IMG/VR virus record: IMGVR_UViG_3300044796_000657
Coordinates: 310,001 to 374,000 of that record
Direction: 5' to 3' (one strand)
Length of the DNA: 64,000 bases
Shown piece by piece: positions 36,061 through 45,789 of the stretch (its first letter is position 1; each line of letters opens with the position of its first letter). The notes under the pieces were generated by a model. It did no database searches and was not told where the DNA came from. It saw only the letters and a list, made by a program, of their open reading frames with translations. The translations under genes were made by a program, and so were the position numbers.

Positions 36061-36853
36061 GTTTTGGAACGAGCTGCTTGTTGTTCAGTCTGCCGCCACG
36101 ATTGCCATTTAACATCGCCGACAAGTCTTTCACAACTGCTTGGGCATCAAATGCTATGCTTTGTGGCGTTGGGTTATTTGTCGGCTGTTGTGGTTGCGGG
36201 TTATTAGGCTGCGGTGTAGGTTGTTGTGGCTGAGGCTGAGGCTGCGGTGTAGGTTGTTGTGGCGTTGGCTGAGGCTGAGGCTGCGGTTGGGGTGGTTGTG
36301 TTGGATTAGGCGTCGGTTGCTGTGGAGCCGGTGTCGGTGCAGTTGGTTGTGATGCTGACCACGGTTGCGGTGCTGCATACTTACCAATTCCTAATTGCTT
36401 GTGAATATTATTCATCGTCCTATCATTTCGAGCTTGCTGATACCCTTGCTTGAAATTTTGCCCAAAGCTATTTTGTGATTGAGCAACAGCCGCATTTTGC
36501 TGTTTTTCTAATTGGTCAATGTGCTGTTGCGTAATGCCTTGTTTTGCCAATTCGTCGGGCGATAGGCTCTTGAGATAAGCCAGTTGGCTTGTTTGCTGTT
36601 GCGCCCGGCCCTTCGAACCGATATTCTTGAAGGCATTGCCAACACCTTTCAAGCCGTCCCAAGCCTTGCCCATACCAAGCAATTCATTGATAGCCTCTTC
36701 GTCTTCCATCATCAAAATATCTGGATTTTTAACGAGAGTTTCGTAAAAAAGCGTAGGATCGTATCCGGCATCGGCAATGATTTGAGCCGACTCGTTAACA
36801 AACTTGGCTAGGTCTTTGTTAGCAACAAAGTATTCGTATTTGTACTTAAACAT
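36020..36853 (-). CDS. Gln/Pro-rich late protein, possible internal head protein
   Basis: QPTPQPQPQ repeats; ATAGATA box 5 nt upstream. Confidence 0.65.
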   Translation of the reverse strand: MFKYKYEYFVANKDLAKFVNESAQIIADAGYDPTLFYETLVKNPDILMMEDEEAINELLGMGKAWDGLKGVGNAFKNIGSKGRAQQQTSQLAYLKSLSPDELAKQGITQQHIDQLEKQQNAAVAQSQNSFGQNFKQGYQQARNDRTMNNIHKQLGIGKYAAPQPWSASQPTAPTPAPQQPTPNPTQPPQPQPQPQPTPQQPTPQPQPQPQQPTPQPNNPQPQQPTNNPTPQSIAFDAQAVVKDLSAMLNGNRGGRLNNKQLVPKLRALLAKLQQQHP

Positions 36854-36861
36854 ATCGGTAT

Positions 36862-37506
36862 CTATGGAGCATCATACCAAGTTTTCGGCATTTTTATGGA
36901 ACGCAAAAAAGACAAAGTTTCATCTTTGTTTTTGCCACTTGAATAAGCGTTCCATATCATCAAATCCAGATCGGCAACACTTCGCTTAGCAGCATCGGCG
37001 AATTCCAAGAATTTGCCTTCAATTTTATTGTATTTCTTGCCGGGACTCTTTGGAACAGTTAACCCTAGATCGTTCAAACAGGCTAGAACGTGAGTATCCA
37101 ATCCGGCGACTCGTACATTCTCTCTACTATGAAGCACGAAGCAGCGAGCGGTTTTAGGCCCAATACCATAAATGGCATCAAGTTCATCAACCGTACACGT
37201 TCGCAAATCCAAATCCGAATAAATCAATTGATGAATTGTTTTGCTTTTGATTTGCCAGCAACCAAGCCCACTTGTTGCCAGAGCGTCCACTACGACACGC
37301 CAACCCCATCGCTGATTCGCACTCACTATTGATGCAAAAGGACTGTACGAAGCATCTGGTGCTTTGTACATACGCTTTAGGAACTTGTCAACACCACGGG
37401 CAGTCGATATGGCGTTATGCCCTGCTGCGAATACCCAAAAGAGCAATGTTTCTTCAAGTTCTGATATGGTTAAATTGTAATTGGTGATTTTTGTAGGGTC
37501 AATCAT
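36862..37506 (-). CDS. HhH-GPD DNA glycosylase/AP lyase (Ogg-like)
   Basis: HhH motif ELDAIYGIGPKTA with Lys, and the catalytic LDTHV. Confidence 0.75.
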   Translation of the reverse strand: MIDPTKITNYNLTISELEETLLFWVFAAGHNAISTARGVDKFLKRMYKAPDASYSPFASIVSANQRWGWRVVVDALATSGLGCWQIKSKTIHQLIYSDLDLRTCTVDELDAIYGIGPKTARCFVLHSRENVRVAGLDTHVLACLNDLGLTVPKSPGKKYNKIEGKFLEFADAAKRSVADLDLMIWNAYSSGKNKDETLSFLRSIKMPKTWYDAP

Positions 37507-37873
37507 TTAAAACTTTGATTTTTGTTTCATTGCGATCCAATAAGGTAAAATGCAGTTCCACTGCATCGAATGTTTGTTTGATCATATCAATAACATCTTT
37601 GACTTCAAACGTAGCGCAGGAATAAAGATCGAACCTCAAATACGGTGGTTCGGCCTTGTCCCAAGCGTGAATGCTTAGATGTGAAGTCTCTATGCATACA
37701 GCCCCGGTGATGCCGTTATTCCCGTCAGCAGTACAGTAATCAGCGAATGGGCCGATCTTGATTTTCATGCCGATTTTATCAACAACATTTCGCAAGAAAT
37801 CTTCCGTAGCTCTTGGATCTACGGGGGGCTTATTGACAATGGCGTTAACTATCAAATGTTTGTGATCAAGCAT
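37499..37873 (-). CDS. speD: Pyruvoyl-dependent S-adenosylmethionine decarboxylase-like protein
   Basis: HKHLIV, GITG, IETSHLSIHAW (self-cleavage region) and DLYSC. Confidence 0.85.
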   Translation of the reverse strand: MLDHKHLIVNAIVNKPPVDPRATEDFLRNVVDKIGMKIKIGPFADYCTADGNNGITGAVCIETSHLSIHAWDKAEPPYLRFDLYSCATFEVKDVIDMIKQTFDAVELHFTLLDRNETKIKVLND

Positions 37874-38252
37874 CGTATTTCTTCTTGAGTTTGAGAAAGG
37901 TTTTATATTCGTTATCTGCAGTTTCTTCGGCTTTTTTCTTTTGGTATTCGGCTAATTGTTCCTCGTAAATAGCTATTAGTTTTTCATAATTTGCCATTGC
38001 CTTGTCATGCCGCCCTTTCATTAAGGCTAATTCAGCGTCTTCCAGCGGCACATTTTTCATGAATTGAAGATCAACTTCAATATCGCCATATCCAGCTTCT
38101 TTAGCATAAATGGTAATATTGCTGGTACCTTCTGGAATATCGTCGATATTTAACATACTGCCATTCGTAAAATCCATCGATTTCAAGTTAACGAATTTGT
38201 GAGTAACTAAAGGCGACGGCATTGTCGGCTTATAAGGAATTGCTATGCCCAT
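37866..38252 (-). CDS. Hypothetical protein
   Basis: 128-aa ORF. Confidence 0.55.
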   Translation of the reverse strand: MGIAIPYKPTMPSPLVTHKFVNLKSMDFTNGSMLNIDDIPEGTSNITIYAKEAGYGDIEVDLQFMKNVPLEDAELALMKGRHDKAMANYEKLIAIYEEQLAEYQKKKAEETADNEYKTFLKLKKKYDA

Positions 38253-38554
38253 TAAATTCTACCTCTCAACATTTCATAACACATTTTGACATCTGCCATT
38301 TTAGCATAAATCGGATTGGAACTCAAGAAGGCTGGTTTATTTCCTTCATGGATCAAATGCCCCGGAACGGCAAACGGATAAACAATAAACGGTGTCAAAA
38401 GCAACCACCACAGGCTCACACCGGCTACTAGAGCGAAAAACAGCACCAAAGCAAAATAAGTCCACGTTGCCACTTGACCAGCAAGGTGAAAGAGGCGATT
38501 GTGCGGATTTTGATGTTTGCTTAGGTAGAACGGATAATACTCAGAAAATGTCAT
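38252..38554 (-). CDS. DUF962/Mpo1-like membrane protein
   Basis: YYPFYLSKHQNPHNRLFHLAG, GHLIHEGNKPA and P...KMAD. Confidence 0.8.
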   Translation of the reverse strand: MTFSEYYPFYLSKHQNPHNRLFHLAGQVATWTYFALVLFFALVAGVSLWWLLLTPFIVYPFAVPGHLIHEGNKPAFLSSNPIYAKMADVKMCYEMLRGRI

Positions 38555-38555
38555 G

Positions 38556-39021
38556 TTAATTTCTTTCTTTCTTTTTGTTATGCCAATCTAAAGCTCGCTG
38601 TGCAGCCTTGGATTCTATTGGATCTTGATGCTTCAAAGTTTTTTTCAAATTATTAAGGTAAAATTGTGAGCAATCTGTTAGTCCTTTTTGCTGACAATAA
38701 CGCAGAACAAATTTGTGAGCCTGCGTTTCCATTAATTCTTTTGCCATATTTTCATCAGACCGATAAAGATGAAATAATTTAGGTCGAAATTTTAAATGAT
38801 ATCGAGCATGACATAACTCATGTAGCAGATAAACTATGTTTTGTAATGAGTTGTTATTGGCATTGAGGTGTATTGTATTAATGGTTTTTATTTTTTTTAC
38901 GTACTAAATCACCTTTGCAGAAAGCTTTTTTCTCTTCTGTCCAATTTTTGATTTCAAAAATTACAATACCCTCTGATCTGACTTGTTCACACAAATTCTT
39001 GTAAAATGCATCTAAGTTCAT
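38556..39021 (-). pseudogene. HExxH metallopeptidase-like gene split by a +1 frameshift in an A8 tract (38891-38898)
   Basis: ATG 39021 reads MNLDAFYKNL...VRKKNKNH* (stop 38878-38880). Removing one A gives ...RKKIKTINTIHL...LLHELCHA...MAKELMETQAHKF, in frame with ORF 38556-38747. Confidence 0.65.
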
Positions 39022-39042
39022 ATTAACTTCCGAAAAGGGTAA

Positions 39043-40602
39043 TTACGAGTAACAGCAAGTTGTCTTAATTTTATTATCAAGATTTCGAGTGATTTTTTTA
39101 TTGGCCACTTTTTTGAACCCAATAATTTTATTAAGAAGTTTGGGATAGGTTTCAAAAAACTTTTTTACGTATGAATTGTCTTTGCCATCGTTTCTAAGAC
39201 TGTAGAGATTAACTTTACGACTAAAGGGCTTACCTTTTTCTATTGAAGATAAAAGGCTTTGTTGATCATGCTCATCTTTCCACTCATTTAGATTTTTGAT
39301 ATGACCTAAACCACCATATGCTTTATCAGCATTTTTGGCTTCTATTTCATTTTCATATATTGTGATTTCATACTCTTCTTCTTCTGACCACGTATTGGTG
39401 TTCCAAACTCCGCTAGGAATAAGATATTGATCTGATTCATAAAATGAAACAGCCTTTTCCATTTCTTTTTTATCGCAATATATTAAAAAAGTATCATCAA
39501 ATTTTGAATGTTTGTCTTGTCCCAAATAGCCACAACACCGACCCGCTACCTGTGCTATATTGTCAGCGTTAGATCTAGCACCCTCAATCCAGCCTTTAAT
39601 ATGTTTGGTTGTAGAAAGAGTCTTGCCTGCTCGTAAAGAGCCTAAAATAATGACTACAAATGGTTTAGGCGGAATTTTTCCCAATCTGTCATTTAAGGAT
39701 GAAATAGGAAAATGTCCTTTGCCTTTTTTGGAAGAATAAATTCTTACATCAATTTGATCGCCATACTTTTCAGCCAGCCATGACCTTAATAATGTTGGAT
39801 TTTCACCAACTGCTCTCACTATCAAGTAGCCATTACTTGATTCGCAATTATCAATAAAAACTTCTGCTTGTTTAACAAAGAAGTCAGTAGGTTTTTTGTC
39901 TCTACCAATAATTTTTTGAGATTGATGATATCGATTTTTCAATTTCAAATCACTCAATCCAAAATATTCCGGTGAGACTTTTATTGCTACTGTTGAAAAA
40001 ACGCCATTTTCAATATTTTCTTTGATGACAGCAGCATAAGGTGTCGCTGACACTGACAAAATAAAGGTATTTTGATTTTCCCATTCATGACTTTTAGAGC
40101 CGTACTTTACACCTCTTGCAGCAAAAAATTTATCAAGCGGCTTGTCCTTCTTCAAGGCGATATGGCATTCGTCATCAACAATAAGTCGACAATCAACATT
40201 TTTAGGTTCAAGTTCCGCTTGTGACAAATGGAGTAAATTAACTTTATTTGATAAGGCTGCATCTACCAGTCTATCATCAGTTTGGTTCAATAAGTCATTA
40301 TCAGCAATGTTGATGATGTAATCAATTTCATAGCTTTTGCCTTGTGACTCACAGTACTTGATGAACTCGTCAATAATTAAAGCGACGGTGCTGGTTTTGC
40401 CTTGTTGTGGTTGTGCTATCAATAAAACTGATTTTTTGTTGTTCTTGAAATTATCTATAACTTTAATAGAAGCTTCTGTTTGTTGAGGATAAACTTGTAG
40501 TTCGCCTATTTTTTTCATTCCAATTATTAATGGTTGTATTGGCTTTATTGGAGCAGGAATGCCGAACATATGCGTGAATGTCGTATTTGAAGAAGTTGTC
40601 AT
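39043..40602 (-). CDS. SF2 (DExH) helicase/ATPase-like protein
   Basis: AQPQQGKT, VDDECH, SVSATP, SLRAGKT and QVAGRCCGY; AT-rich. Confidence 0.7.
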   Translation of the reverse strand: MTTSSNTTFTHMFGIPAPIKPIQPLIIGMKKIGELQVYPQQTEASIKVIDNFKNNKKSVLLIAQPQQGKTSTVALIIDEFIKYCESQGKSYEIDYIINIADNDLLNQTDDRLVDAALSNKVNLLHLSQAELEPKNVDCRLIVDDECHIALKKDKPLDKFFAARGVKYGSKSHEWENQNTFILSVSATPYAAVIKENIENGVFSTVAIKVSPEYFGLSDLKLKNRYHQSQKIIGRDKKPTDFFVKQAEVFIDNCESSNGYLIVRAVGENPTLLRSWLAEKYGDQIDVRIYSSKKGKGHFPISSLNDRLGKIPPKPFVVIILGSLRAGKTLSTTKHIKGWIEGARSNADNIAQVAGRCCGYLGQDKHSKFDDTFLIYCDKKEMEKAVSFYESDQYLIPSGVWNTNTWSEEEEYEITIYENEIEAKNADKAYGGLGHIKNLNEWKDEHDQQSLLSSIEKGKPFSRKVNLYSLRNDGKDNSYVKKFFETYPKLLNKIIGFKKVANKKITRNLDNKIKTTCCYS

Positions 40603-40606
40603 GTCG

Positions 40607-41629
40607 TTAATTTTTTTCTTTCTTTTTTCTAATGGTTTTTGATTTTATTATTTGTCTTTGATGTACCGGATCATTGTCTAGTTTAGCATCAATAAACTTC
40701 ATAATCAATTTCTGTTTTTCTTGATTGATTGCTGGTTCAGCGATTGGATATGGGCAATTTTTAATTTTTTGATAAACATAGTTTCTCGCCCACTTGCATT
40801 CAGGAATGCTTTGATAATCACCTAAATTTTTCGTCATAAATCTTAATCTGATACGGTTGTTTTTGTTTTCTATACCACAACCTTCGCAGTATTCAATTAA
40901 TTCGGGCAAAAATTTATCTACCAAATCTTTTTTGCGAGACAAATAAGGGCCGTCGGAATAAATGAAATTCAAAAAAGTTAACACATCGGCCTTTTTGTTC
41001 CAAACGATACTCCACGCAGCATTAACGGATTTTGTGTTTTTGCTCTTTTGTGATGGATGTTGAGGGAGTTTGGTGATTTTTCCGATTTCATCATTCATCA
41101 TATCAACAAACATCTTTGTGCCAATTAGCGTAACACCTACAAGGTTTTTCTTATTTTTGAAAATACAACCATCGCCATCAAAATATCCACGTATAAAATG
41201 AGAGAGATATTGTTCTTCAATATTTGGAAAAGGCAAATTGAGATAGGTTTTATTGGGCAAAATGCCGTGTTTGTTTACAAGACAAGAAATTAACTTTTTG
41301 CTGTAAATGGCAATTTTTGTATAAGGCTTAACGTAATAGCCTTTTTTATGCCAATAGCCATCCAGTCTGGTAATTTTATGTTTTGAATGAATTGCATTTC
41401 TCAAACCAACTACGATCTCTTCATCTTCGGTAGTGCATCCAATTTGTAATTTTCCATCACTGATATTGCCATCAGCCCATATCCACCCAAGATAATAAGC
41501 CATTTCTGTTGACCAATTTTCAAAATAATCATGTTTCATTCCATAAAATAGTATCATGGAATGAAAATGGGCATATTTCACGTAAGTTTCCAAAACTGAC
41601 AGAGGGTTCGATAATCGCACCGATGGCAA
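40607..41629 (-). mobile_element. Free-standing LAGLIDADG homing endonuclease gene
   Basis: YYLGWIWADG and FIRGYFDGDG; the start is probably 41539. Confidence 0.85.
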
Positions 41630-42384
41630 TGTCGCCCGGTATTGCCATGAACTTTATCAGGATCAAGGGATTCGATTTCCTTGTATCTTGCCAAGAGTTT
41701 TTCAGGAACACTCAAAAGTTGTTCTTCGCTGAAAGTTGTCGGTATCAACTTATTGTCGTCCAGATAAAATAAGGCAGCACGGATATTTTTAGCCGGAACC
41801 TTGAATGTATTCATGACAACATAGCAATAGCACATTAACTGCAAGTCTTGGCCAATGGTTCGTTCGTTCTTGCGCCAACCACCTGTTTTTGTCGTCTTAT
41901 AATCCAGCAGGAAAAACTCGTCGTCTTTGCGGATCATGCGGTCAATGAAGCCGGTCATTTTGCGGTTATGTCCATCCATGTCCAAATCAAACTTCCATTC
42001 AAGTTCACCACCATAACCAATCTTTTCAGTTAGTCGCTTATAGTATCCCAACATTCTTATGAGTTTGTTTTGATATTCGGGATCAAATCTCGGAGCCTTC
42101 TTGCCGGGCTTCGTGACCATGACTTGCTTATCCTTGTCAAAATATGATACCGGTGGTTCTAAATCAATCTTGCCGCTGAGAACGTCTTTAGCAACTATTG
42201 AAAGTTCTAACGAACCTCTTGCTCTCGTATGTTCTTCAATGATCTTGTGGATGGCTTTCCCGAAGGCGAAATAAATTGGCTCTGGTACCGGAGACACGGT
42301 TTCCAAGTGATACCGAAATTTGTACTTTTGTGGGCATTCAGTGAAACAACTTTCACGAGAAATGGATATGTGGTTTATTTTCAT
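41578..42384 (-). CDS. PD-(D/E)XK (RecB/Cas4-like) exonuclease
   Basis: SISRESCFTECPQKY, FGKAIH, GFIDR, LDYKT, QLMCY and C-terminal CHRCDYRTLC. Confidence 0.85.
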   Translation of the reverse strand: MKINHISISRESCFTECPQKYKFRYHLETVSPVPEPIYFAFGKAIHKIIEEHTRARGSLELSIVAKDVLSGKIDLEPPVSYFDKDKQVMVTKPGKKAPRFDPEYQNKLIRMLGYYKRLTEKIGYGGELEWKFDLDMDGHNRKMTGFIDRMIRKDDEFFLLDYKTTKTGGWRKNERTIGQDLQLMCYCYVVMNTFKVPAKNIRAALFYLDDNKLIPTTFSEEQLLSVPEKLLARYKEIESLDPDKVHGNTGRHCHRCDYRTLCQFWKLT

Positions 42385-42433
42385 AATGTCTCTGGTATAA
42401 TCTAAACAACGTTTGTACATTAAATAAGTTACT

Positions 42434-43441
42434 ATGTCAATATCTTTTGAATCGTTCTACAATTGGTGCGTCAGCAAATTCGGCGATCACAACGTTAAAG
42501 TTTCTGGTCCGGAAATTTGTCTCAACTCACCATTCTCGCCAAAACACAACCCAGATTCAGGGCATCACTGTTGGTGTAATCCTGATAAGAATGCTTACAA
42601 CTGCTGGAAAACTAATGAACACGGTTCGCTTCATCAATTAGTAGCTGAATTCGAGCCATGCGATTTAGCGGATGCCGATGAAATACTCGGCAATACAAAT
42701 CTAATTCGTGGACTTGAGGATAAACTCAGACAGTTGTTCACAAATAAAAAAGAAGAGCGACCGACGGTTAAGTCTTCTATTATACTACCCATTGAAGCAG
42801 TTGCCTATAGCAGTTTGTCATCTATTCACAAAGACAGGGTGCATGATTATATGGCGAAGCGGCAACTTCCGCCAAATGATCTTTTCTATTGTCATACTGG
42901 ACGATACCGAGAAAGAATCGTTATTCCTTATTATGGGCCAAAGGGCGAGTTGATCTATTTCAATGGGCGTGACATCAGTAGTAAGGGTACAGGGCCACGG
43001 TATTTGGGGCCACCAAAAGAGATTGGAATTGGCAAGGGTGATGTATTGTGGATGAAGTCTTGGCCAACTCAAGGAAAGATTTATTTGTGCGAAGGAGAAT
43101 TTAACGCTATGTCATTAGGTCAAGCAAATCTTCCGGCTGCAGCATGTGGTGGTAAGAACCTGAGTGACAAACAGTTAACTATGCTTCAACCATATGATGT
43201 AACGTTTTGTTTTGACAATGACAAATATGGTCAAGAAGCACTACATAAATTCAGTGCATACAAGAAGTCGTTTCACGGCGGCAAGTCGACAACCGTAGGT
43301 TTCGTACTGCCCCCAACGGGTTTCAAGGACTGGAACGATTTGCTGATCCACGGGGGAGCCGGGGCGTTAAACTATTACGTCACTTCTCAGGAGAAGCAAC
43401 TTGATTGGGGCGATTTTATGCGAATGCGATTACGTCTTTAA
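42434..43441 (+). CDS. DnaG-type DNA primase (T4 gp61-like)
   Basis: Zinc-binding domain, RIVIP, YFNGR, TOPRIM CEGEFNA, FDND..G and KDWND. Confidence 0.9.
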   Translation: MSISFESFYNWCVSKFGDHNVKVSGPEICLNSPFSPKHNPDSGHHCWCNPDKNAYNCWKTNEHGSLHQLVAEFEPCDLADADEILGNTNLIRGLEDKLRQLFTNKKEERPTVKSSIILPIEAVAYSSLSSIHKDRVHDYMAKRQLPPNDLFYCHTGRYRERIVIPYYGPKGELIYFNGRDISSKGTGPRYLGPPKEIGIGKGDVLWMKSWPTQGKIYLCEGEFNAMSLGQANLPAAACGGKNLSDKQLTMLQPYDVTFCFDNDKYGQEALHKFSAYKKSFHGGKSTTVGFVLPPTGFKDWNDLLIHGGAGALNYYVTSQEKQLDWGDFMRMRLRL

Positions 43442-43450
43442 AGGCCCAAA

Positions 43451-43951
43451 ATGAAAAAGCGCAAGAGCCAAGGGAAGAGTTCCAAGCGTGAGAAAGTAGA
43501 CGACATCAGAAGTTTCTTTCTTGCTTGTGAATTCAAACCCAATTCAGATTTATTTTCCGTCCTCGATCCCTTCGCCTATGACATTAAGCCAGCCTTTATT
43601 CATGGTTCTCTCGGTATCGTAGCATACGAACCAGAAGCCTATGCCATTGTAGATGCCGATGAGAAAAGCCCACCTCTCATGGGTTATATTATGACCATTA
43701 CTCATCCTGATACCATTTTATTGCTAGATAAAATCAAGGGTGTCAATGGGCCAACCGGCTTCAATTACCACACCAAAAAATTAGTACACGTTTATACGGA
43801 TATTGATGTAGTTCAAAATGCTTGGATTTATATCTTGAGCGAATCAGCATTGGATGCTTATGAACAAATTGAGCAAGTAGAATTCGGTCTATGGGACGAG
43901 GAAGACGAACAACAAATCAGCTTCCTTGAAAAAATGGGAGATGGGATGTGA
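43451..43951 (+). CDS. Gamma-glutamylcyclotransferase-like (AIG2-like) protein
   Basis: Pattern ...LLDKIKG..Y..KLV.V...AWIY. Confidence 0.5.
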   Translation: MKKRKSQGKSSKREKVDDIRSFFLACEFKPNSDLFSVLDPFAYDIKPAFIHGSLGIVAYEPEAYAIVDADEKSPPLMGYIMTITHPDTILLLDKIKGVNGPTGFNYHTKKLVHVYTDIDVVQNAWIYILSESALDAYEQIEQVEFGLWDEEDEQQISFLEKMGDGM

Positions 43952-44298
43952 ATTATCAAGGTGTAGATTTTTTCCAAGAAAACCATCAAACTTTTTCACT
44001 CCACGACGGTGATAGAAGTAGCGAAGAAGTATTGGCTAAGATTTCGCCACACATTAGACTCTACGAAGGCTTTGAACTAAAATTATTGGAAATGTCTCGC
44101 ACTGCTAAAAGTCTCGTTATGAATGCGACTTTGTGGCCACTGACATTAAAAGTTAAAGTTTATCACAAAAAGAAACTCTCTTATGACGTAATTATCACAG
44201 CCAATGTGTCATATTACGAATTGGGGTATCGGGGCAATAGTGACCAATATCCAATACGCATCGTTTTTCACTGTTTGGATATTGAATGCAATGATTGA
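43948..44298 (+). CDS. Hypothetical protein
   Basis: 116-aa ORF, coupled to its neighbours. Confidence 0.55.
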   Translation: MNYQGVDFFQENHQTFSLHDGDRSSEEVLAKISPHIRLYEGFELKLLEMSRTAKSLVMNATLWPLTLKVKVYHKKKLSYDVIITANVSYYELGYRGNSDQYPIRIVFHCLDIECND

Positions 44299-44662
44299 AA
44301 GCTATAATTTTTTCATCGGAAAAGTTTGCACCATATTAACGACAAGTGTCGCTCTCCCTATCAAAGACGCTTTATCTGGTGCATTGTATTTTTCTGGTTT
44401 GGTTGCCAAAGTAGACGACAATGGTATCTGGATTCAACAACTTGAAACCAATACTATGAGTTATTTTACTTTTCCAATAGTCGGCATCGTACAAGAACAA
44501 GCGGTTGCTAAAAGTGATCCCAATTACGAAAAGATCAAAGAAGAAATTGAAAAGCAAAAACCTGTTGCCCCGCCTAAACCGGTACCGCCAAACTTTACGT
44601 CTGTTAGCGATTTGACTCAAAAAGCCAAAGAATTAAGACGACGAAAAGAAGAAGGTAAGTAA
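44291..44662 (+). CDS. Hypothetical protein, possibly Sm/LSm-like fold
   Basis: FIGKVCTI...FSGLVAKVDDNGIWI pattern; start at 44291. Confidence 0.5.
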   Translation: MIESYNFFIGKVCTILTTSVALPIKDALSGALYFSGLVAKVDDNGIWIQQLETNTMSYFTFPIVGIVQEQAVAKSDPNYEKIKEEIEKQKPVAPPKPVPPNFTSVSDLTQKAKELRRRKEEGK

Positions 44663-44672
44663 TAGGCATTGC

Positions 44673-44694
44673 CTAGGCAGAAAATTCTGCCTAG
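44673..44694. terminator. Hairpin between convergent genes
   Basis: CTAGGCAGAA-AA-TTCTGCCTAG; no clear U-tract. Confidence 0.5.
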
Positions 44695-44708
44695 ACCGTT
44701 AATCTTCA

Positions 44709-45185
44709 TTAGTCAGCCAAAAATTCTGAAATCTTTTTCAAGCTCATAATTGCTGAATCAAAATCGTGGTATTGCGAGTTAATGTATTCCAAGTTGAGCG
44801 AATCAAACTTTTCCACATCTTCACTGCCTACTTCAAAATAGAAGTTCCTAGTTTTGCGACCTACACACTTGAAGCCGTGCATCTTGACAAATGCAGCAGC
44901 ACCCAAATCGGAAACACTCTTGCGAATCATCCCATTTGGTTCCATCAATCGCTCTTGAACTTTTTTGAGGCTCATAATACATGCGTCAAAGTCATGGTAT
45001 GGTGAATTGATGTATTCAAGATTTAAATCTTCGAATTTATTTAATCCTTCATCTGCTACGTCAAAATAAAATGAACGACCTTTGCGGCCTACACATTTAT
45101 ATCCTTTCATTCTGGCAAATGCCGCTTCACCTAAATCATCGACTGGTCGACGTGTTACTTTCCGAACTTGCTTTTCCATATTCAT
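44709..45185 (-). CDS. Protein made of two tandem ~60-aa domains (DUF5659-like)
   Basis: DLGEAAFARMKGYKCVGRK...YINSPYHDFD..IMSLKK is repeated as DLGAAAFVKMHGFKCVGRK...YINSQYHDFD..IMSLKK. Confidence 0.75.
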   Translation of the reverse strand: MNMEKQVRKVTRRPVDDLGEAAFARMKGYKCVGRKGRSFYFDVADEGLNKFEDLNLEYINSPYHDFDACIMSLKKVQERLMEPNGMIRKSVSDLGAAAFVKMHGFKCVGRKTRNFYFEVGSEDVEKFDSLNLEYINSQYHDFDSAIMSLKKISEFLAD

Positions 45186-45249
45186 TCCTGCTTGCTTAAT
45201 ACTGTCACTACAATTTATAGAGGTTTCATAGTAATTATTTACTACGAAA

Positions 45250-45789
45250 TTACCCAATGGCGTTTTCCGCCGCAATCAATTGTCTATACGATGTTAAGTT
45301 ATCACACCATTTTATAAATTTTTCGTATGACATTTTGCCTTTAGCCCAATTGCATGTTTTGCAACACGGCAAAGAATTTTCGGTGGTATATCCTTGACCG
45401 GGTACTTTTTGATCTATCCCTAACCAATGATAATATCCCCAATTGGTAATGTTAGTTTTGTATAAACGATCAGGATTTGTACCGCAATAATGACAATTGC
45501 TAGAAGTTATGTCTTTGAATTCTTTCAAAGTCAAAGACATATAATTTCTCTTGCTATAAATATTAAATAATGCTTCAAGGCCACTTTGACCTTTGGGTTT
45601 ATTTTTACATTTTTTGCATACTGTATCTCTTTTTATATGACTTCTAGTTGATATTTTTATTGCATCGCAATTTTTACAATGAATTTTCCATACACTGGTC
45701 TTGCGATTAAATTCCATTTGTTTGATTTCAATAAATTCATCAACTATCCAATTTTTTAAATTATCAATCGTTTGTATGAATTTACTCAT
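45250..45789 (-). mobile_element. Free-standing HNH homing endonuclease gene
   Basis: CHYCG...GIDQKVPGQGYTTENSLPCCKTCNWAKG; ATGA overlap with the actin-like gene stop. Confidence 0.8.

Noticed and set aside
36190-36360. Short tandem repeats as a possible CRISPR array
   Set aside because: They are imperfect in-frame coding repeats (PQ/PT units) with no unique spacers of constant length.
41578-42384. Cas4-like nuclease as evidence for a CRISPR-Cas locus
   Set aside because: No cas1, cas2 or array is present. Such nucleases are common phage recombination enzymes, and this one sits beside the primase.
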